A stretch of 57,070 nt of DNA, counting the filler, from Basidiobolus ranarum (taxonomy: Eukaryota): assembly GCA_040143965.1 (NCBI GenBank). It is 2 parts of 2 records of this genome, joined end to end, with 100 filler letters (N's around TTAATTAATTAA, not from the genome) between each part and the next. Parts side by side here need not be neighbours in the genome. Positions count along the whole stretch, not along the records: positions 1 to 28,525 come from JASJQH010000114.1; 1 more part is not named here. One strand, 5' to 3'. Below the pieces are notes generated by a model that saw only the letters and a program-made list of their open reading frames with translations, did no database searches and was not told the DNA's origin. The first letter of the stretch is position 1. Every line of letters starts with the position of its first letter. The position numbers and the translations under genes were made by a program. Shown here one piece after another: positions 1 through 11,311 of this stretch.

Positions 1-149
1 AAACGTAAATTTCTGTCTAATATGCAGTGGATCGCTCTACGTTATCGTTACATTTACATTTTAATTAAAGAGATATTAACTTCAATGATATCATTGCTTA
101 TAATTCAATGGAAGTATGAACACACTGGTTGTGAAGAAGATTTGTTTAC

Positions 150-1409
150 TTAATCATCCTTTGGCTTTAAAGCTGGTGATCGATGCTTTTGAATAAAATA
201 CAACACCTCATTGACTAGAATCTTTGTCGAAGGATGCATTGTGATCCGTTCTATACACCATTTCATCGCACCGGCAATATAGCTGCCACGTCCAAATCCG
301 ACAACGTTCAACACAGGATCTATAAAGGCAATTCCTCGCGAGGGACCAATACTAAGGACCATGGCCAAACGGACGCCAAGATAAGGCATTAGCTCTGGCT
401 CTTGACCCTTAGCCTGTGAAGCCAATAAATTTGTAATATTCTTGAACAGATGCATAGCTTGCATATGAGCTGTAAAATAGAGCTTCTGCTCTCCAATGTC
501 GATGATATCACCAATACAGAATATTTGGCTATGGTCTGGAATTTGGAAGTATTCGTTGACACGTACAAAGCCCTTGTTAAGGAAAGAAGAAAAATTCTTC
601 TCCAAACATTTAGTGTTGGGCGTAAGTCCGGTACTAATGTAAACCTTCTCCACTTCAACGCTTTGTCGAGTTTTGTCAGTGACGAAAGTTCTAACCGTAG
701 AAAAACTCTCAGGCGATTTTTCTTCAGCTTTCTCCCCTAGGATGAGATTTACGTCATTTTGTTTCAAGACGCTCAGTACCTTTTCTCCAAGTCTACCACC
801 ACCAATCCCAGGCAAAACTTCGTCACTTCCATGGATTACGCTTAGATCTTTGGTACCAATAAGCTCGCCTGCCATCTCAATACCCACTGGACCAAGCCCC
901 ACACACAACACTCTACTAGCAGACTCTAGGCTAGCCCTATCTTCTTTAAGAGCTTTGAGTCTCTCTGCGTATGTTGTCTCAGTCGAAGTGGGTTTGAAGG
1001 GAGATGGATATGAAGAACCCGTAGCAACGATAAGGTATGTGTAAGTAAGTCTCTTTTGAGATTTGAGGATTACTTGAAAAATCAATCAATTAACATACAT
1101 TAATGCAGAAAAAACGTATGAAACCCGTTTACCTTCAGATTGCTGTACCTCCTCTACCTCATCTTGTATAAAATTTACACCCCACGAGCCCAGAAGCTCT
1201 TGATAATCTTGAGTGATTTCCTGATATTTTTTCTCCAACTTATCTAAAGGGGTTCCAAGCACCGCAACAATTCCCGGGGTGTATTCAAAATAGGTTTTAG
1301 GATCAACCAGAGTAACTTCAAGTCCGTACTTGCTCTTTATGGCTGAAAGCTTCAATGCGGTAAGTATACCAGCCGCCCCTCCACCAAGTATCAAAATATG
1401 AATCGTCAT
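150..1409 (-). CDS. FAD/NAD(P)-dependent oxidoreductase, AIF/AMID (AIFM2/FSP1)-like; 2 exons (1409-1133, 1072-150)
   Basis: ILGGGAAG FAD-binding motif, LIVATGS, VGLGPVGIEMAGE NAD-binding motif, IFCIGD. A 60-nt GT..AAG intron (1132-1073) joins the two ORFs in frame (QQSEV/ILKS). Confidence 0.85.
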
Positions 1410-1841
1410 TATGGAGAGACTGACTAATATCGAGGGTTTTTATACTTGAGACAATTAAACTAAAATGACATAATCCTAGCCTAATCGAAATAATACTCTT
1501 GCTGCGACTACCATAGTACGATACAGCTATTTATTTCGATAAAAATGGCAGAGTATCCAGAGACTCGGTTAATATGGATAGTAAATCAATAAGCAACTTG
1601 ATTGGTCACTAATCGTGACATTTGAATCGCTGTAAAGCATAAAGGCATATATATGCTCATAAAATTCATAACTCGTCATCCAAGTTATTTAATGTGATTT
1701 AGAATGTTGATTAACTATAGTGAAAAAAACTTTGATTTTAATCATTTTCAGTTGGTACAATTTGAACACGAGCATCCTAATTCTCAGCTACACTCTCCTT
1801 GCAACCCTATTCTCTTGGTGTAGTACATATTTTCCCTCAAT

Positions 1842-4800
1842 ATGGCCAACGATCTAGTTTTAAATCCTACTGCTATTGTCAACAAAATGATTGCTTTACG
1901 GGTCAAACCTGGAGTACTCAAAGCAGATTCTCCAAAACCTGTCACCGATGTACGAATCGAGTCTTCAAATCTCTCGAAAGAGGTCAATAAATTCCGAGCT
2001 TGCGATGGTTATGCTTGTTTTTATTGTAGAGAATGGTCTCAAATTATTCACAAGAAGCATTTCACCGTTGGAAATAAGACCCGTAAGAAGCTTGCCGATG
2101 TCTCTGTTGACTCTGCTCCAAGAGAGAAAGTGAAGGAATTTATTCAACATTTCGAGAAGAAACTTCAAGCTAGATTGGATAATGATAAAGAAAGTGACGG
2201 AATTCTTCTATATATCTCTGATACAATTCAAGAATATCTTTCGCGAAAATCTACCTCTAGTACCTCTCTAGATGCTATTTTCGCTCCTATTACCCACGAT
2301 GCTTCTCCAGAAGCAATAGCTTTTACAAAAGACCCACAGGATACTTCTCAACTTATACCCCAGGTTGAGATTGAGAAAACACAGCTTTCTCTTCCAGCCT
2401 CTGATTTTCCTTTACTCCGAAATATCACTCCCAAGATCCTTGCTAATCACGATAGTCCTTCGTGTAATCATTCACCAGCAGATAATACCCCTTCTGACTT
2501 GGAAACCCTTCAGAAGATCTTAAATTCTGCTATAGCCAAAGAGGCCAAAACTTGCGGACTCTCAATTTCACAAGCTTTAAACTCTGTTTGGGATGGTACT
2601 CGCTCTTTCCTTGAAGAGATCAAAAAAATAGAGAATGTTCGTTCTGATATAGCTGGTGAAGGTTGCTTCCAAAAGGTATCTCTTTTTAACCAGAAGAATC
2701 AAGAGCTCCTTCAATCTTTTAATGATTATTGGTCACCTGTGGCTGAGACTCATAAAAAGACTAAAGGGAAAAAGAACGATAAACCCTCTACCGCTACAGC
2801 TGAAGATATTGATGATGCTTTCTTCAAATTTTTGGATAACGTTCGTAGCGGTTTTGAATTGTGGAAGGAAGAATTTCTCAATGCTCAAGTTAATTTATGT
2901 CAACAATTAATTCAAGATATTTTCCAAGCCTGTACATCAGTTGTAAATCTCGCTCGCGTTCATTATAGAAATAATGGGTCTGACAAGTTTCAAGTTGAAC
3001 TTGAGAACAAATCAGAGAAAGTACTTCAGCTTCTTCAGGGATTGAGCAAGCAAATGGAAACCAAGTTGGCCGAATTAGAAGCCGAATTCGTAGTTAAATC
3101 AAAAGAGATCTATAGCGAACTGGATGGTATAAAGGATGCTTGGTCAAATGAATCTCAATCTACTTTGCATGGTCGTCTTGAAAAAGCTGCTAACAAGGAT
3201 TTCAAGAAGAAGATAAAAAAATTAGAGAACATGATCCAAACCGCAAGAATTTGGTGTGTTACACAGCTTAAGACATTCCTCCCATCTCATGAATTGGCTC
3301 AAATCCTGGCTCCTTGTTTGGGTGTACAGATGCTTCATGCGGAAGATATCGAACCTACTAAACTAAAGGAACTCATTGAGCAACATCAGGAAATTGTAGA
3401 CTCGATTATTGCTCGCAAGCAAGATATCAACGAGCAATATGTAAGCGGAGTTAATATAGGTCGCTCTACTTTGGGAGCTGTTTTAGGAAAATTATTCTTA
3501 AAAGAAGGACTTCGTTTAATTGAAGAACGCGTTTCGGTACATAAAGAAAAGATGCTTCTTGGTGTATACAACGATACAGATTCAATAGATTCCTCCGATA
3601 TAGACTATGAGAGTAAAAGCAAAGCAAGCAAAAAGAAGAACAAGAAGAAAAAGAAGAATGCTAACGATGATACTAGCGTTGCTTCTTCTACTGCTTCCAG
3701 TCCAGTTGAAGAAAAATCGATTAAGTTGCCAGAAGTTAGCAACGTAACTCTTACTGCAACAAAATCCCAAACTAAATCGCAAATTCTCAAAGATAAATCC
3801 CCTACTTTGCAAACTGCTCCAGCTAAGTCTGTTTCTGAAGTGAAATCCGAATCTCTAAATAAACCACAGGCTGCTGTACAAAAGCCTCAGAGACAAACAC
3901 AAATCAAACGCGAACAACCTCCTGTCCCATCTCCTACGCCCAAGGTATCTACTGTACAACCTCCTCCAGGATTATCATTTGCACATATTGCCTCTCAACA
4001 CTCTGAGACTGAGAAGGTAGAAGCCAAATCAAAGCCCTCTGTAAAAGAAAATGGTGTACCTACTACTACTACAGAGAAGCCAATTGTTTCGACAGAACCT
4101 CCTCTGAAAACGACCACCAAGTCTAATCGCGCTTCCAAATCTGATGTTTCTCATGTTTCAGAGTCCCATATTCCATCTTCTACGCCTAAAGTATCTACTC
4201 CTCCAGGATTATCATTTGCGCGTGTTGCTTCTCAACACTCTGAAACGGAGAAGGTAGAGGTTAAATCGAAGCCTTCTAAGAATGAAAATGCTTTACCCAC
4301 CTCTACCAGTGCGCCCGAGCATAAGCCTACTCCTAGAGCTACCACTACGAAGCAGCCAAATGTTACAGTGGAAACCTCTCAGAAAGTAGTCTCTAAGTCG
4401 AGTGGTGGTGCCTCCAAACCTGAAAAACCTCACGTCCCATCCTCTACTACCCAACCTCCTCCAGGCCTATCGTTTGCGCGTGTTGCTTCTCAGCACTCTG
4501 AAGCTGAAAAGGTAGAAGTCAAATCCAAGTCCTCTAAAAATGAAAAAGGCTTGTCTACCTCTATCAATGCACCGGAGAATAAGCCTATCTCTAATGCTAC
4601 CACTAAGGAAAGCCCTATCGCTTCTACGGAAACCCTTCAGAAAGCGACTGCAGAACCAAACTCTACATCTGAAGCCGTTAAAACCCCTCTTCAACAAAGC
4701 AAGCCTCTTTCCTTCGCCGATACTGTGAACTTACCACCACCTGAAGTAGCGGATAGAGCACCAAAGTCTGCTGATTCAAGTCCTCCTGCACCCAATCCTC

Positions 4801-5645
4801 AGCTATATGTAGCTCCATCTGTATCAAAACAGGCTGCTGGAAAAATGAACCCTCCACCGGGAATGCACAAAAGTAATTCCCCTCAAGATCAAAAGCCCCA
4901 ACCGCAAGCCAGAAAAGAACATCCACCGAAGCCATCTGATACCGCGTCATCATGGCGACGTGCTGATGCTCAGCCAAATGAAATTAGAACCCAGGCTAGT
5001 AATGGACATCTTGGACCTGCTCCCGGATTGGACCCTATCCCGCATGCCTATGGAATAGCCACTCCACCTGAAAGTGTTGCTGGTGTTATGCATCCAGCAT
5101 TTGCTGCGGAAACACCTGCTGCCATTGCCACTAATAGCACAGTGCCCCCACACATTCCCATCACTCCAAACGTCTCTAACAACATGAATGCTCACCCTCC
5201 TGGGTTTGTTGAAACTGACCTTCGTGACATGGGTCACGAAGATATGCTCAAGTTCGTTCATACTCTACTTACTGAGAAATCTGAACTTGTTTCACTCTTG
5301 ATGAATATGCAAAAAGAAGTGTACTCTTTAACAGTGAAGTGCACGGATATGGTCGAATATGTTCGTAGACAGGATATGATGTATCATGTCAAGGAGCAGG
5401 AGTATAAGCAAGCCTTGATGATGAAAGAGATGGACATGGAAAAGGCTAGAAGATATGTTCACGCTATGGAACAGAGAATTGCGTTGTTGGAGAGATCCAT
5501 GGTGTCTGCACCTGGCAGTACCTCGAGACCTGGCACCCCTTCCACAGTCCAAGAACCCCAGAGTCCCATGACAGCACCCAAAGCCTCAACTCCCATGTCT
5601 AGAACTTCCAGCTTAAAAGCCGAAACTCAAGAACCACAAGCTTAA
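1842..5645 (+). CDS. 1267-aa intronless protein: helical/coiled-coil N-half, Lys-rich tract, long S/T/P/K-rich disordered region with internal repeats, C-terminal coiled coil; possibly distantly NST1-like
   Basis: Uninterrupted 3.8-kb ORF; CxxxxCxxC near the N-terminus; KKKNKKKKK; three PPGLSFA repeats. The function is not established. Confidence 0.75.
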   Translation: MANDLVLNPTAIVNKMIALRVKPGVLKADSPKPVTDVRIESSNLSKEVNKFRACDGYACFYCREWSQIIHKKHFTVGNKTRKKLADVSVDSAPREKVKEFIQHFEKKLQARLDNDKESDGILLYISDTIQEYLSRKSTSSTSLDAIFAPITHDASPEAIAFTKDPQDTSQLIPQVEIEKTQLSLPASDFPLLRNITPKILANHDSPSCNHSPADNTPSDLETLQKILNSAIAKEAKTCGLSISQALNSVWDGTRSFLEEIKKIENVRSDIAGEGCFQKVSLFNQKNQELLQSFNDYWSPVAETHKKTKGKKNDKPSTATAEDIDDAFFKFLDNVRSGFELWKEEFLNAQVNLCQQLIQDIFQACTSVVNLARVHYRNNGSDKFQVELENKSEKVLQLLQGLSKQMETKLAELEAEFVVKSKEIYSELDGIKDAWSNESQSTLHGRLEKAANKDFKKKIKKLENMIQTARIWCVTQLKTFLPSHELAQILAPCLGVQMLHAEDIEPTKLKELIEQHQEIVDSIIARKQDINEQYVSGVNIGRSTLGAVLGKLFLKEGLRLIEERVSVHKEKMLLGVYNDTDSIDSSDIDYESKSKASKKKNKKKKKNANDDTSVASSTASSPVEEKSIKLPEVSNVTLTATKSQTKSQILKDKSPTLQTAPAKSVSEVKSESLNKPQAAVQKPQRQTQIKREQPPVPSPTPKVSTVQPPPGLSFAHIASQHSETEKVEAKSKPSVKENGVPTTTTEKPIVSTEPPLKTTTKSNRASKSDVSHVSESHIPSSTPKVSTPPGLSFARVASQHSETEKVEVKSKPSKNENALPTSTSAPEHKPTPRATTTKQPNVTVETSQKVVSKSSGGASKPEKPHVPSSTTQPPPGLSFARVASQHSEAEKVEVKSKSSKNEKGLSTSINAPENKPISNATTKESPIASTETLQKATAEPNSTSEAVKTPLQQSKPLSFADTVNLPPPEVADRAPKSADSSPPAPNPQLYVAPSVSKQAAGKMNPPPGMHKSNSPQDQKPQPQARKEHPPKPSDTASSWRRADAQPNEIRTQASNGHLGPAPGLDPIPHAYGIATPPESVAGVMHPAFAAETPAAIATNSTVPPHIPITPNVSNNMNAHPPGFVETDLRDMGHEDMLKFVHTLLTEKSELVSLLMNMQKEVYSLTVKCTDMVEYVRRQDMMYHVKEQEYKQALMMKEMDMEKARRYVHAMEQRIALLERSMVSAPGSTSRPGTPSTVQEPQSPMTAPKASTPMSRTSSLKAETQEPQA
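3960..4535 (+). repeat. Three intragenic copies of an ~80-nt core coding PPGLSFA(R/H)(V/I)ASQHSE(T/A)EKVE(V/A)KSK, spaced ~240-255 nt apart
   Basis: Near-identical cores at ~3960-4040, ~4200-4278 and ~4455-4535, visible in both DNA and protein. Confidence 0.9.
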
Positions 5646-6235
5646 ATATAAATGCGCAGTAGTATTTACATGAACGACATTTACATATCCCTAATACTAC
5701 TTTATTGATTTTTATCAAGTTCTCTGTTGTATAGTTGTTTATCCAATTTTCCCAAGTCCTCAATCCAGTAAGACGCCATTCTAAATTAGTGATTAATAAT
5801 TGACAACTAGTTTTAGATCAAATCTGTCTTGACAATCTTTTGACTTAATAGATTTTTGACATTGATCAATATCACTTCCACTCTCCACTTCCACCTCCCA
5901 TTCAATACTAATTAAATCATGTAAATGACCTGGTCTGTGAATGATCATGTAACAAACACACATTCGTGTCACTTGGGTATTTATCCATCTTATCTCTGGA
6001 TCACCCCATCATCTCCAACGCTTCGACCACATGTACAAGTGATAACTCAATCACAAAGAATTCGTGGAACGGCTAAAGCTTTCTCCATTGAAATTGGCGG
6101 ATTTTATTTCCAAGAAACTTAGAATACTATCGAAGTTATTGTACAAAAAATATCGAGAATCCACCAGCGTTGTAGCTCAAAGAAACAAATATCCAAAATA
6201 TACAAGAAAGAGTAACTTAATAGTGGCTGATGCTG

Positions 6236-6979
6236 TCAAGACGATGAGGATGAAGGTGAAGGCACCATAATGATAGGATGGCGGCAATTGTGGCTTCGGT
6301 AATGACGCTGACGAGCATCCACTCTAGTGAAACCTTCGTGACAGTAGATACATTTATATGGTCTATACCCGGTGTGCAATCTTTGGTGTCGTTCCAGATC
6401 ATATTTACGCGCGAAACCCCGTTGACAAAAGTCGCATGTGAACAAGCGATCCTTGGGTTTCTCCAACTTTTGTTTATCGGATTCTGGCTCGATCGAACTA
6501 GATTTTTGGTGTTCCAAATGACCTAATATAGGTGGGGGCGTATCCGGAGGTGACGGGCATTGTGTTTCGTGATTGATTGGTATCTTCCCTTGATCGCGCT
6601 TTCTCTGGGTTCGCTGTTTCTTCTTGCATGGGGAATTAACGGATTCTGAGCTCCAATTGATGAACTCGAATTTCTGTTGTGGAATGGATGAAGGAAACGA
6701 TGAAATGGAACTCTCGGAGTTGGAATTAGAAAATAGCTTGGCTTCGAATTGATTTTGATATAGTGATTGTAACACCCCAAGGTCAAACCCGATCTCTGGT
6801 TGATTTGTACATGGATAGTAATGAGAATTGAGCCAAGAAGGATACTGGTCAAGACTAGCTTGATCATAACTAGATTGACAACTCAGTGATTCAACACCGG
6901 TAGAAGAAGAGATGGGAAAGAGAACATCCCACAGTGCGCTAGGCACATCCATATAGTTAGGAAAAGGCTGAGAAGTCAT
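6236..6979 (-). CDS. Zinc-finger transcription factor with two C-terminal fingers (247 aa)
   Basis: FTCDFCQRGFARKYDLERHQRLH-TGYRP-YKCIYCHEGFTRVDARQRHYRSHNC; TATA-like TTATAAAA upstream near 7020. Confidence 0.9.
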   Translation of the reverse strand: MTSQPFPNYMDVPSALWDVLFPISSSTGVESLSCQSSYDQASLDQYPSWLNSHYYPCTNQPEIGFDLGVLQSLYQNQFEAKLFSNSNSESSISSFPSSIPQQKFEFINWSSESVNSPCKKKQRTQRKRDQGKIPINHETQCPSPPDTPPPILGHLEHQKSSSIEPESDKQKLEKPKDRLFTCDFCQRGFARKYDLERHQRLHTGYRPYKCIYCHEGFTRVDARQRHYRSHNCRHPIIMVPSPSSSSS

Positions 6980-9213
6980 AGAGCTGGTATAGTGTCAGTA
7001 GAACAGACAAGGCGATCTTTTTATAAGAAATTCTACCTCAAACTAGGACTTTATCCATAAGCTTCGTTAGTAATGAACCTTATCTTAGTATCTACATAGC
7101 TTTGCGAAATCTAATAGCATCCCTATTGGAGGCAGGTTTTTGTAACCAACTCGAAATCTACCCGAACGTTCTAAGGCCTGTAAAGTCATCAAACTCGAGT
7201 TTTTGCCAAATAAGCCTAATTAGCCTACGCTCACTCTATATTCAGTCTCTATTATGTGAATAATACTTCAATAATCGTTTAGGAATTATATTCCATAAAT
7301 AAAACTAGCATTTGTCATTGCTATTGTCTGGAAATCACTTTTTTGATGGTTTTGAACGAGTGACTCCAAATGGATTCCCATCTTGATTCAGCTATCAAAT
7401 AGGTGAGCCGACATCCCAACCCTCCATATGACGCCATCCTAAGTTAGGCGAACATTTGAACGAACAGAAAGTGCTCATTTGCTACAGCTTCATCACCGTT
7501 TGTAGAACGTCAAAGGCCTTAGATTCGGAGAATATAGGAAATACATAGATTTCGGTGAGGTGATGATGTGGAAGCGACTTCTAATCTACCCTTATGTTAC
7601 ATTACCTGTATCCTGGGAAAAGAGGCTGAGTATCCGTTGCTAGTAGTTCTCTCTTAGTGATATGTTTGCTACCTGATACAAACCAAACCATTATTCTGGG
7701 TCTGATCCGAGTGCGGGTCTTCCTTATGAAGAATCCCATTTAGAGAACCTTTATTTAGATCAACTTTTAGAATTATTAGTTACTATATATGGACCTGTTT
7801 GATACTAAATTCAGAATAACGCTTGGCAAATCGAGGACCATCTTGCGGATGAATTTATTTTTGGGAATGCATGATTTCACAAACACTTAATATAGTAATA
7901 AATTATATCCAATGACACTCAGCACGGATTGATATCCGTAATTAGCCATAATACTTTACAATCGGTTAAAACCCGAATGAATGATAAGTATAACCAGTAA
8001 AAGCGAGCAGATTTTACGTCAGATCTGATCGTTCAACTCAGACGCACACATCTCAACAATGATTCTAGATTGCTACTTCGAATTAACACGCTCGGAATAA
8101 GCTTTGAACATTCCGGTTATTATTCAGAACTAGATTTGTTATTACTAGCAAATACGAACAGCCCACCAATTATCATGCTGTTGCCTGCACATGTAATCGA
8201 AGATTTCTATTCGACGAGAGTATGTGCACCTATTGTAAGCGATCATTCCCCAGTCACCCAAAGTGGGAAGTACACCCCAAGAAGTGAATTCTATATTGTA
8301 AGTTCATTCATACATAGCTACGATAAACGTTGTATATGAACATGGCGGCCATTATTATCAGCCTATAGCCACTGGAATGCCATTCATTTCTGAAGCATTC
8401 GCAAGCTTTATAACAATATCAATGCTCTCGCCATATCTAACGAACTCTACTAGATAATATAGAATGTACACGTAATACAGGTGATACACAAAATTCCCAT
8501 GATCGGCTACAATGATATGGTGTCACTACCTACAACCAAGGTCTGTATAGCACTAACCGAGAGTAGTAACCCGAAGTGGTTCCATCTCTAGAACCTCGTC
8601 TTTCTTACTAACAATCACTTTGCATGTGCATTTCAGCAGAGTTTGATAAATTAACTGAATCCTTGGCTAAGATTGGTGGAGAGCGAGATATATATAGTTT
8701 GATCGTCAGTGCCAGTTCCATTCAATTGCCCTTGGATAGGTATGGACAAGAAAGAACATTCGTGCTGTAATACGTTGCACTGATCACTTCGCAGAATTCC
8801 TGAAATTTGTTATCATGATTGTTGGTTGTGCGACGCATATTCCCACTAACATTCCCACAAATATTGATTCTGTTACTGATCGAGATTACCTGATGTCATA
8901 TGTTTCCTTTCTTGATGGAGATTGGCGATTTGATTGGGGAAAACGGCAGTGTATAATTAATAACCTTACAGAGTATTCGGTCTACATGACATTTCTACTA
9001 ATCAAATTCCTCTCTGGAGCTAGTCGACAATTCCACTTTTGAGTTGAACCATTGGCTATCACAGCCATGTTACTAAGTGCACCTACTCCGATACTTCCAA
9101 TTTGGGTGGTTTTTTCATTAGAGATCCATTTTAGTGGTCATTTCCTTAAAAAAAAGGTGAGCTACCAATATATAAGGGCCCGTTGACGGGAACTATCGAC
9201 ATCCGCATCTAGT

Positions 9214-9864
9214 ATGAATTTCAATCATTTCTCAGTCTCAAGCAATAACTGTATTCCTCTATACAATGAGCAACCCATTGACTACGCCTATATGGCCTCG
9301 AATTGCCAATTTCCCGGGACAAATTTGAACTTTGAAAACGAAATCAATCAGTTCCTGTTTTCATTATTGAACACCAACACCTCTCCGATCATTGAATTCG
9401 ATCCCCAGATTGAAGAACCAACTACCGTCACCCCCAGTATTCCAAAATTTGAGTTTGTCAATTGCAACTCAACCAACATAAATGATCATGTGTGGAATCC
9501 TCGCATGCATGGAATGAAACGCAGTTTTTCAGCACAGCCTGATTGCGCTGCACCACGTCTTGAGGTTCCAGATTCCAGATCTACTCATAAACGCTCAAGA
9601 TCCCTTACTCCCGATAGTAGCAAGAAGCAGGTACAAACTGTCGAGAAGCCCTATGAATGCTCCTACTGTAAGAAAGCCTTTGCCAGGAAATATGATCTCG
9701 ATAGACATTCAAGATTACACACTGGAGATAAACCTTACAAATGCACATTCTGCAACAAGGGCTTCGCTAGAGTTGATGCTAGAAAACGTCACTACAAGGC
9801 TAATGATTGTCAGATCTCCAACCTTAGTACACCAACCATTTTTATTCAGGGACATTGCAACTAA
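9214..9864 (+). CDS. Zinc-finger transcription factor (216 aa), paralog of 6236-6979
   Basis: YECSYCKKAFARKYDLDRHSRLH-TGDKP-YKCTFCNKGFARVDARKRHYKANDC; TATATAA near 9170. Confidence 0.9.
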   Translation: MNFNHFSVSSNNCIPLYNEQPIDYAYMASNCQFPGTNLNFENEINQFLFSLLNTNTSPIIEFDPQIEEPTTVTPSIPKFEFVNCNSTNINDHVWNPRMHGMKRSFSAQPDCAAPRLEVPDSRSTHKRSRSLTPDSSKKQVQTVEKPYECSYCKKAFARKYDLDRHSRLHTGDKPYKCTFCNKGFARVDARKRHYKANDCQISNLSTPTIFIQGHCN

Positions 9865-10802
9865 ACAATATTGATTATTGTGGTAACACTTAACTTGAAC
9901 TCCCCTTAAGATGTAAATATGCATATTCCCGACTACCCTGACTCTTTTGTATTATAAATAAATCTTGCTTTATCAAAAGTACCCGCATATTTACTATATG
10001 ATATTCACCGAGTATTTATCGCCAAAGCTTTCCATTGATTATTTGAATTCCCATTTTGAGAAGATCCGACATGAGGTTGTGAGATCATTCACAGATCCAA
10101 TGATAAAGAACTCCAAAAATGGAAATGCGGGTTTATTAATTTGGATGAACGACAACCATATGTAGTAATATGGGACAAATATAGTAGATCGAATTTGGTC
10201 TAATTCACCAACCAAAATGGGAAACATTTTTCATTCGAATTTAGCTTAACAAATATAGAGTCCAAAAGGAAAATTCTTTTGGACGCTTCGTTGCGGATTA
10301 CGTGAAAATGAGTTCAGACATTTTTCTATTCTTTCATGAAGTTTTGCGTGTGAAGTCAACTATATAGATAGAAGTGAAATTGCGAACTGATTTTTCCATT
10401 CTTATAATTAGAACATACATTATTGATTTCATTCCTTCGTTTTAATTTGGTTCTGGAGCTTCAACTTTAAATGAGTTAGTCATCTATTTAACAAAGGAAT
10501 ATCTATGAACACTGATTCTTGACAATCATATACGAATAACTTCAAAGTTGGTGTTGAGTTTCTTGGCATTATCGAACTCACTCCGCACTATTGGCTTCCC
10601 ACCGAATGTGCGTTTTACAGTGGGAATATTCTGAAACCTTTGACATAACTACTGGTTAGCATAATAGTGAAGTAAAGTCACGAGAAATACTCAGAGCCAT
10701 TAGCTGTACCCCTAACCCTATCTCTGAGAGTAAACTGGTTTCCTAAACTGAGTAACTAAGTTAAACAACTTAAGGCTTAGATAGTACAACATTTCAAAGA
10801 GT

Positions 10803-10933
10803 ACCTCCATGGTAAGAACGACCCTATCGGTCGAATAGTTCGGATGATTCGTAATTCAACAATCGAAGAAACCTGGCCAATCATATGAGCCACCGTGAAG
10901 ATGTGGTAGATAGATATTAAGAACCTTGTCGGT
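10803..10933. promoter_or_regulatory. Cluster of three ZRE-like ACCYY-NNN-GGT elements upstream of the ZIP transporter
   Basis: ACCTCCATGGT (10803), ACCCTATCGGT (10821), ACCTTGTCGGT (10923); these resemble the yeast Zap1 ZRE consensus ACCYYNAAGGT. Confidence 0.45.
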
Positions 10934-11311
10934 CTTAAATAAAATAGACAGGTTAAGAGTTGATCTGACGGAATTTCGAAATTAAATTGAGATGGGAATG
11001 ATACATGATGAGGGGAGTTTCATTGGTGGAATCTTCGCCATTGACACCCTAATAGTTAATTGTCCTTCTAAATTGGGTTTTTTTCATCCTGGGGAGGTAC
11101 AGTACGTATTCTTGAGGCCATACTCATGCTTGATTGCCATCGTTCTACCCCCGTAGATTGGATTTGTACAACCATGATACCGATGCATTTATACGTTATT
11201 GAGGTCTGTCCCTCGTCTCACTTTTGTTTCTCCAATTCTTTGTCTTGCTTTGCTCATCTTTTATTTTTCCCTTGACCATCGCTACTAAGTAGGCATCTAT
11301 CAGCAGTTGAA

